Positions 6,896 through 10,645 of a stretch of 10,645 nucleotides of DNA are shown here, in pieces (position 1 is the first letter of the stretch; the number at the start of each line of letters is the position of its first letter). A program made the translations under genes and the position numbers. The notes beneath the pieces are model-generated. The model made no database searches. It was not told the origin of the DNA and was given only the letters and a program-made list of their open reading frames with translations. Source of the stretch: Armatimonadota bacterium (lineage in GTDB: Bacteria > Armatimonadota > Hebobacteria > CAIYQO01). The stretch spans positions 1 through 10,645 of the forward strand of contig JBBRXO010000092.1 of NCBI GenBank assembly GCA_038248345.1, given 5' to 3'.

Positions 6896-6928
6896 TACTT
6901 CCTATTTCCTAGTTCCTACTTCCCACTA
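6894..6928. repeat. Heptamer tandem repeat (CCTANTT x4 plus one degenerate copy)
   Basis: CCTACTT CCTATTT CCTAGTT CCTACTT CCCACTA. Overlaps the stop codon of the FGE-domain gene. Confidence 0.8.
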
Positions 6929-8799
6929 CCCGGCGCGGTAGACTTGCCGGAGCTACCGCTCGGCGGGGCATCTGCTTTATCTTTTCCGTTATCTTTGCTG
7001 TTATCGTTTTTATTATCCTGCGCTGCCGAGCCCTTGGTTACCGGCTCCTGCTCGGTCGTCGGGCGCTGGTCTGGTCGCACAGCCGGTTTTCCGGTGGTGG
7101 GGCGATCATTGTTCGGGCGCACCACTGGCTGTTGAGAATTCGGACGATAGTCCGGCTTGCCGCCAACTCCTGGGCGGGTTTTTACGTCCTCATATCCGGG
7201 CCGGTCATACGGTATATATTGTGGCTTATACGTCGGGACATAGTCCGGTTTGCGGTTGTTATACACCGGCGCGGTAGATTTACCTGGGTGCGGATTGTAC
7301 GACGGCCTATCCTGCACCGGCGGGTAATAGGTTGGTCGGACGACCGGGTCATAATCGGGGCGATCGTAATAGGGCCGATTTGCACGCCGATAGCGCCAGA
7401 TATGTTCTGAATGACTGTAGTAACGCTCGCAGTATTCGCCGTTATAGTATACAAACGTCGTGTCATAGTTGCCATTATCAATATATGGCGAGGTACCGTG
7501 AGTGATAATGACTACCGGAGGCGGATTCTGTTGATACTGATAGTCATATACTATTGGCTGGTAAACCGGCGAATAATCATCAATCGCGGTCTGTCCCAGC
7601 GCTTCCCGCACGCAACGGAATCCGGTATATTCATCACGCTGTGAAGGGGAAGCAGAGTCACGCACCGTCAGGCGATAGTCCGTGTTGTCGTAGCCGCCAC
7701 TGCCACGGAGCACCCGGTAATTGCCCGTATTCGGACCTGTCGGGTTCATTGAGGGCGAATAGTCGTAGTAGTTAGCATCGTAACGGTCAGCCGTCCACTG
7801 GCGGACATTACCTACCAGATCCTGCACGCCATAGGGGCTGGCACCCGCCGGGTAGCTCCCTGTTGCGTTCACCGAGTACCGGTCATTCCCCGCAAAGTTC
7901 GGTTCCCAGGTATTGCCCCATGGGTAGCTCCGGGCATCTATTCCTCGCGCCGCCTTCTCCCACTGTGCTTCCGTCGGCAACGTTCCACCCGCCCATTTTA
8001 CATAAGCTTGTGCATCGTAGAAACTCACCAACGTCATGGGGTTACTTTCCTGCCAACCGTATACTGGCTTGCGCGCCCAATTAAAGTCATACCCGGTCAT
8101 ACGGGTGAATTTGCGGAACTGCGCCACCGTCACGTTGTCTTTATAGATGTAGTAACCGTCGAGAGTAACCGAATGACGCGGAGATTCATTGGCATTCCCC
8201 ACCCCTGCCCGGCTCCCCATCACAAAGTTACCCGCATCCACGTAAACCATCTCGCCATTATCAATGGGGTTCGACCAGACGTCGATGGTGTTCACCGTGG
8301 TGTTATAATCATTATAACTATCCTGGTTAAGCAAGCGTGGCTGCGCCAGCACAGCATTCGGCATCATATCAATGGTGAGCTTGCGGTGCCCCGTCAAATC
8401 TATACTAATAGGCACTCCTACTTGGCCCCGGATAGCTCGCACGGTATAGACGGAAGCGCTATTTACCTGCACACGAGTATCCACTCCATCCAATCGGAAG
8501 CTGGCGAAACCATCGGCGCCCCTGCTATAATCGGGCACGCCCACTATCGTGGTGAAAGTATCGAAACCAGCCACATCAAATGTCGCCATACCCTCTACTT
8601 TCGTCCCATTGATATCGAAGTAGCCATACCCATAAAAGCTATCCCCGTTAAAACTTGCAGTATCAGTCCGATAAACCCAATTAGAATCATCATGACTCAA
8701 TTGTGTTATTGAATTGTCCAATGGCTGTATCGCCAGACCAGCGCCGATGAGAAACACCGTCGCCAGCACCGTAAGCGTGAATTTACAGATTTTATTCAT
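6916..8799 (-). CDS. Secreted protein: signal peptide, NPCBM/NEW2-like domain, FGE-sulfatase (SUMF1) domain, low-complexity Pro/Tyr/Arg/Asp tail
   Basis: FGE-family motifs MVYVDAGNFVMGS, NESPRHSVTLDGYYI, VTVAQF, LPTEAQWEKAARG, YPWG, ASPYGVQDLVGNVRQW, RVLRG, GFRCV. FTTIVGV...F.LDG...SIDLTGHRKLTI resembles NPCBM (less certain). RBS AAGGAGG. Confidence 0.88.
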   Translation of the reverse strand: MNKICKFTLTVLATVFLIGAGLAIQPLDNSITQLSHDDSNWVYRTDTASFNGDSFYGYGYFDINGTKVEGMATFDVAGFDTFTTIVGVPDYSRGADGFASFRLDGVDTRVQVNSASVYTVRAIRGQVGVPISIDLTGHRKLTIDMMPNAVLAQPRLLNQDSYNDYNTTVNTIDVWSNPIDNGEMVYVDAGNFVMGSRAGVGNANESPRHSVTLDGYYIYKDNVTVAQFRKFTRMTGYDFNWARKPVYGWQESNPMTLVSFYDAQAYVKWAGGTLPTEAQWEKAARGIDARSYPWGNTWEPNFAGNDRYSVNATGSYPAGASPYGVQDLVGNVRQWTADRYDANYYDYSPSMNPTGPNTGNYRVLRGSGGYDNTDYRLTVRDSASPSQRDEYTGFRCVREALGQTAIDDYSPVYQPIVYDYQYQQNPPPVVIITHGTSPYIDNGNYDTTFVYYNGEYCERYYSHSEHIWRYRRANRPYYDRPDYDPVVRPTYYPPVQDRPSYNPHPGKSTAPVYNNRKPDYVPTYKPQYIPYDRPGYEDVKTRPGVGGKPDYRPNSQQPVVRPNNDRPTTGKPAVRPDQRPTTEQEPVTKGSAAQDNKNDNSKDNGKDKADAPPSGSSGKSTAPGSGK

Positions 8800-9083
8800 T
8801 TTTATACCTCCTTAAAGATTTTTCTTCGAAGACACTCTCAAGTAATAGTACCTCTAAACTCCAGAAAAGTTGCATCTTTGGTGAACATTTTTTCATAATT
8901 GTGCCTGTAGTGGTGAATTCTCCTCAATTCTAACCTCTCCCTCAATTGTACCAACAATTCCATTCCCAAAACTATTTTCATCATGTAATATAGATTCGGG
9001 AACTTTGGCAGGCTTGCCAACGTCTAATGGGGTAGAGCTTGAAAAAAGACTCAAATATAGAGAAAGAGGGAGAGGGAGAGACC

Positions 9084-10645
9084 ATGAAACATTTTCGTTT
9101 TCAGTTGCTGGTATTACTGGCAGCAGTAGGTTTTCTGGTGTTGAACCAGTTGGGCAAGGCCAATGGCCAGGTGGCAGTGCCACGGGAAAAAGCCGTGACC
9201 CTGCAGCAGCAGGGGAACTACAAGGAAGCGTACGACGGCTTCTGCTTGTTGGCGCTCGACCCCAAGGATGACCCGCTCAATGTCGGGAGTGACCTGACCA
9301 ACGCAGTGCAAAACCTGCGAAACTTGGGCCGGATCGAGGAGTTCGATGACTTCATTGAGAAGGTAATCGCCACCCACCCGGGCAATTGGCGTCTGCTCTT
9401 TGCGGCGGCGCAATCCTACAACAATATTGAACACAACGGCTACCAGATTGTGGGCAAGTACAGCCGCGGCTACCACCGTGGCGGTGGCAAAGCGGTGAAC
9501 TCCAATGAGCGCGACCGCGTCCGCTCCATGCAACTGATGGTGCAGGCGATAGGCCTCACCACTGCCGAAACTGATAAGAATGCCGTCGCTGGTCTCCATT
9601 GGAATATGGCAAATATGCTAATGGGCAATCGCGGCTATAACGATGCCTGGCGCCTGCAATACCTGACTGACCTGACCGTATTGCCGGACTATGATGAGGG
9701 ATATTGGAACTGGTACGGCCACACACAACGTGGCGCTCCCGTGCAGGAAGACGGCACCCCCGTCTACTATTCCGTACCGAAAAGCTGGGCGGACGCGCAG
9801 AATGACGGCGAACGCTGGCGCTGGGAAATGCAGCAGACCATGGAGCTGAATCCGGCACGTACCGCAGAGGTCAATTACACCTTCGCACAGTTCCTCGAGA
9901 ATCAGTTTGGCGTCAACACCATGGCGCAGTATCGCTGGTACTTCAGCCAGCAGGATCGCTCAGATAAAGTCGACACCTCGGGGCCATACGAGCTGTCCTC
10001 ATTAAAGGAAACCGAGACAATAGCACAGCTAGCCACCGGCATCAAACGTTTCACGCTGCCGGATGAATTTAACTATATTAAAATCTATCAGCAGATTACC
10101 GCCCAAAAAGCCAACGCAGATTATGGGCATTATTCGCTGCTAGCCCTCGGTAGTCTATTCTCCGACCGTCGTCAGTACGATCGTTCGGCAGAATACTATA
10201 AGCTCGCCGGTGATACTGAGCAAGTAAATCAGATACTCGGCAACTGGGGAGTGTTTGAGCCTGTTACCACCCAACCTGCAGGCAAAGGCGCCACGGTGGA
10301 GTATCGATTCCGTAACGCTACTGAAGTGAAGATGGACGCTACTGAGATTGACACCACTAAATTACTCAATGACGTTAAAGCATACCTGAAGACGAACCCC
10401 AAGCAGCTGGACTGGCAGAGTATGGATATCGAGAACCTGGGGTATCGTCTGGTTAACCAGAACCAGAAACAATACCTGAAAGGTGACAAAATAGCCTGGA
10501 CAGAGAAATTAGAGCCGCGACCGAAGCACTTCGACAAGCGCATCACCCTCACCACCCCGCTGACTAAAGCCGGGGCATACCTGGTGACCGCGACGCTGCC
10601 GAACGGCAACATCAGCCGCATCATCATCTGGGTGGCCGATACTAC
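9084..10645 (+). CDS. Large secreted alpha-2-macroglobulin-family (MG2 domain) protein, 3'-partial
   Basis: ATG at 9084 after a purine-rich RBS; the 5' and 3' portions were hand translated in the same frame (~520 codons to the edge): MKHFRFQLLVLLAAVGFL...QQQGNYKEAYDGF...NWRLL...ERDRVRSMQLM...QILGNWGVFEP...ATVEYRFRN...TPLTKAGAYLVTATLPNGNISRIIIWVADT. Resembles, from memory, the N-terminal half of planctomycete-type A2M proteins; the GAYLV strand fits the region preceding MG2. The thioester region is outside the window. Not in the ORF track. Confidence 0.78.
   Translation, partial: MKHFRFQLLVLLAAVGFLVLNQLGKANGQVAVPREKAVTLQQQGNYKEAYDGFCLLALDPKDDPLNVGSDLTNAVQNLRNLGRIEEFDDFIEKVIATHPGNWRLLFAAAQSYNNIEHNGYQIVGKYSRGYHRGGGKAVNSNERDRVRSMQLMVQAIGLTTAETDKNAVAGLHWNMANMLMGNRGYNDAWRLQYLTDLTVLPDYDEGYWNWYGHTQRGAPVQEDGTPVYYSVPKSWADAQNDGERWRWEMQQTMELNPARTAEVNYTFAQFLENQFGVNTMAQYRWYFSQQDRSDKVDTSGPYELSSLKETETIAQLATGIKRFTLPDEFNYIKIYQQITAQKANADYGHYSLLALGSLFSDRRQYDRSAEYYKLAGDTEQVNQILGNWGVFEPVTTQPAGKGATVEYRFRNATEVKMDATEIDTTKLLNDVKAYLKTNPKQLDWQSMDIENLGYRLVNQNQKQYLKGDKIAWTEKLEPRPKHFDKRITLTTPLTKAGAYLVTATLPNGNISRIIIWVADT

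Noticed and set aside
7600..7730. Diversity-generating retroelement variable region in the FGE/CLec domain (ends GFRCV)
   Set aside because: No template repeat or reverse transcriptase seen in the window.
8008..8712. 234-aa plus-strand ORF
   Set aside because: Antisense to the FGE-domain gene; no recognisable protein features.
8838..9271. Small ORFs 8838-9020, 8893-9183 and 9005-9271
   Set aside because: They lie in an AT-rich divergent intergenic region or overlap the A2M-like gene, and have no motifs or convincing RBS.

Overview
Bacterial chromosomal window from a probable diderm organism. An outer-membrane beta-barrel porin occurs together with ymdB-spoVS; an Armatimonadota/Terrabacteria-like host is an inference only. 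Minus strand, left part, in transcription order: ymdB, spoVS, a hypothetical gene, an OprO/OprP-like porin, and an O-antigen-ligase-family gene that runs off the window. Divergent from these on the plus strand is a three-gene persulfide/sulfur-handling operon (CoA-disulfide reductase-rhodanese fusion, TusA-like, DsrE2-like). It is followed by a tRNA-CAT gene with its own near-consensus sigma70 promoter and an atypical T-loop (C55). Directly downstream of the tRNA lies an unannotated 194-bp palindromic element: two inverted copies of a three-hairpin unit whose differences are compensatory. This is the most unusual feature. Next come a terminator and heptamer repeats, a secreted NPCBM-like/FGE-sulfatase-domain protein (minus strand), and the 5' part of a large alpha-2-macroglobulin-like gene (plus strand). 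The two edge genes are absent from the supplied ORF track because their stop codons lie outside the window.
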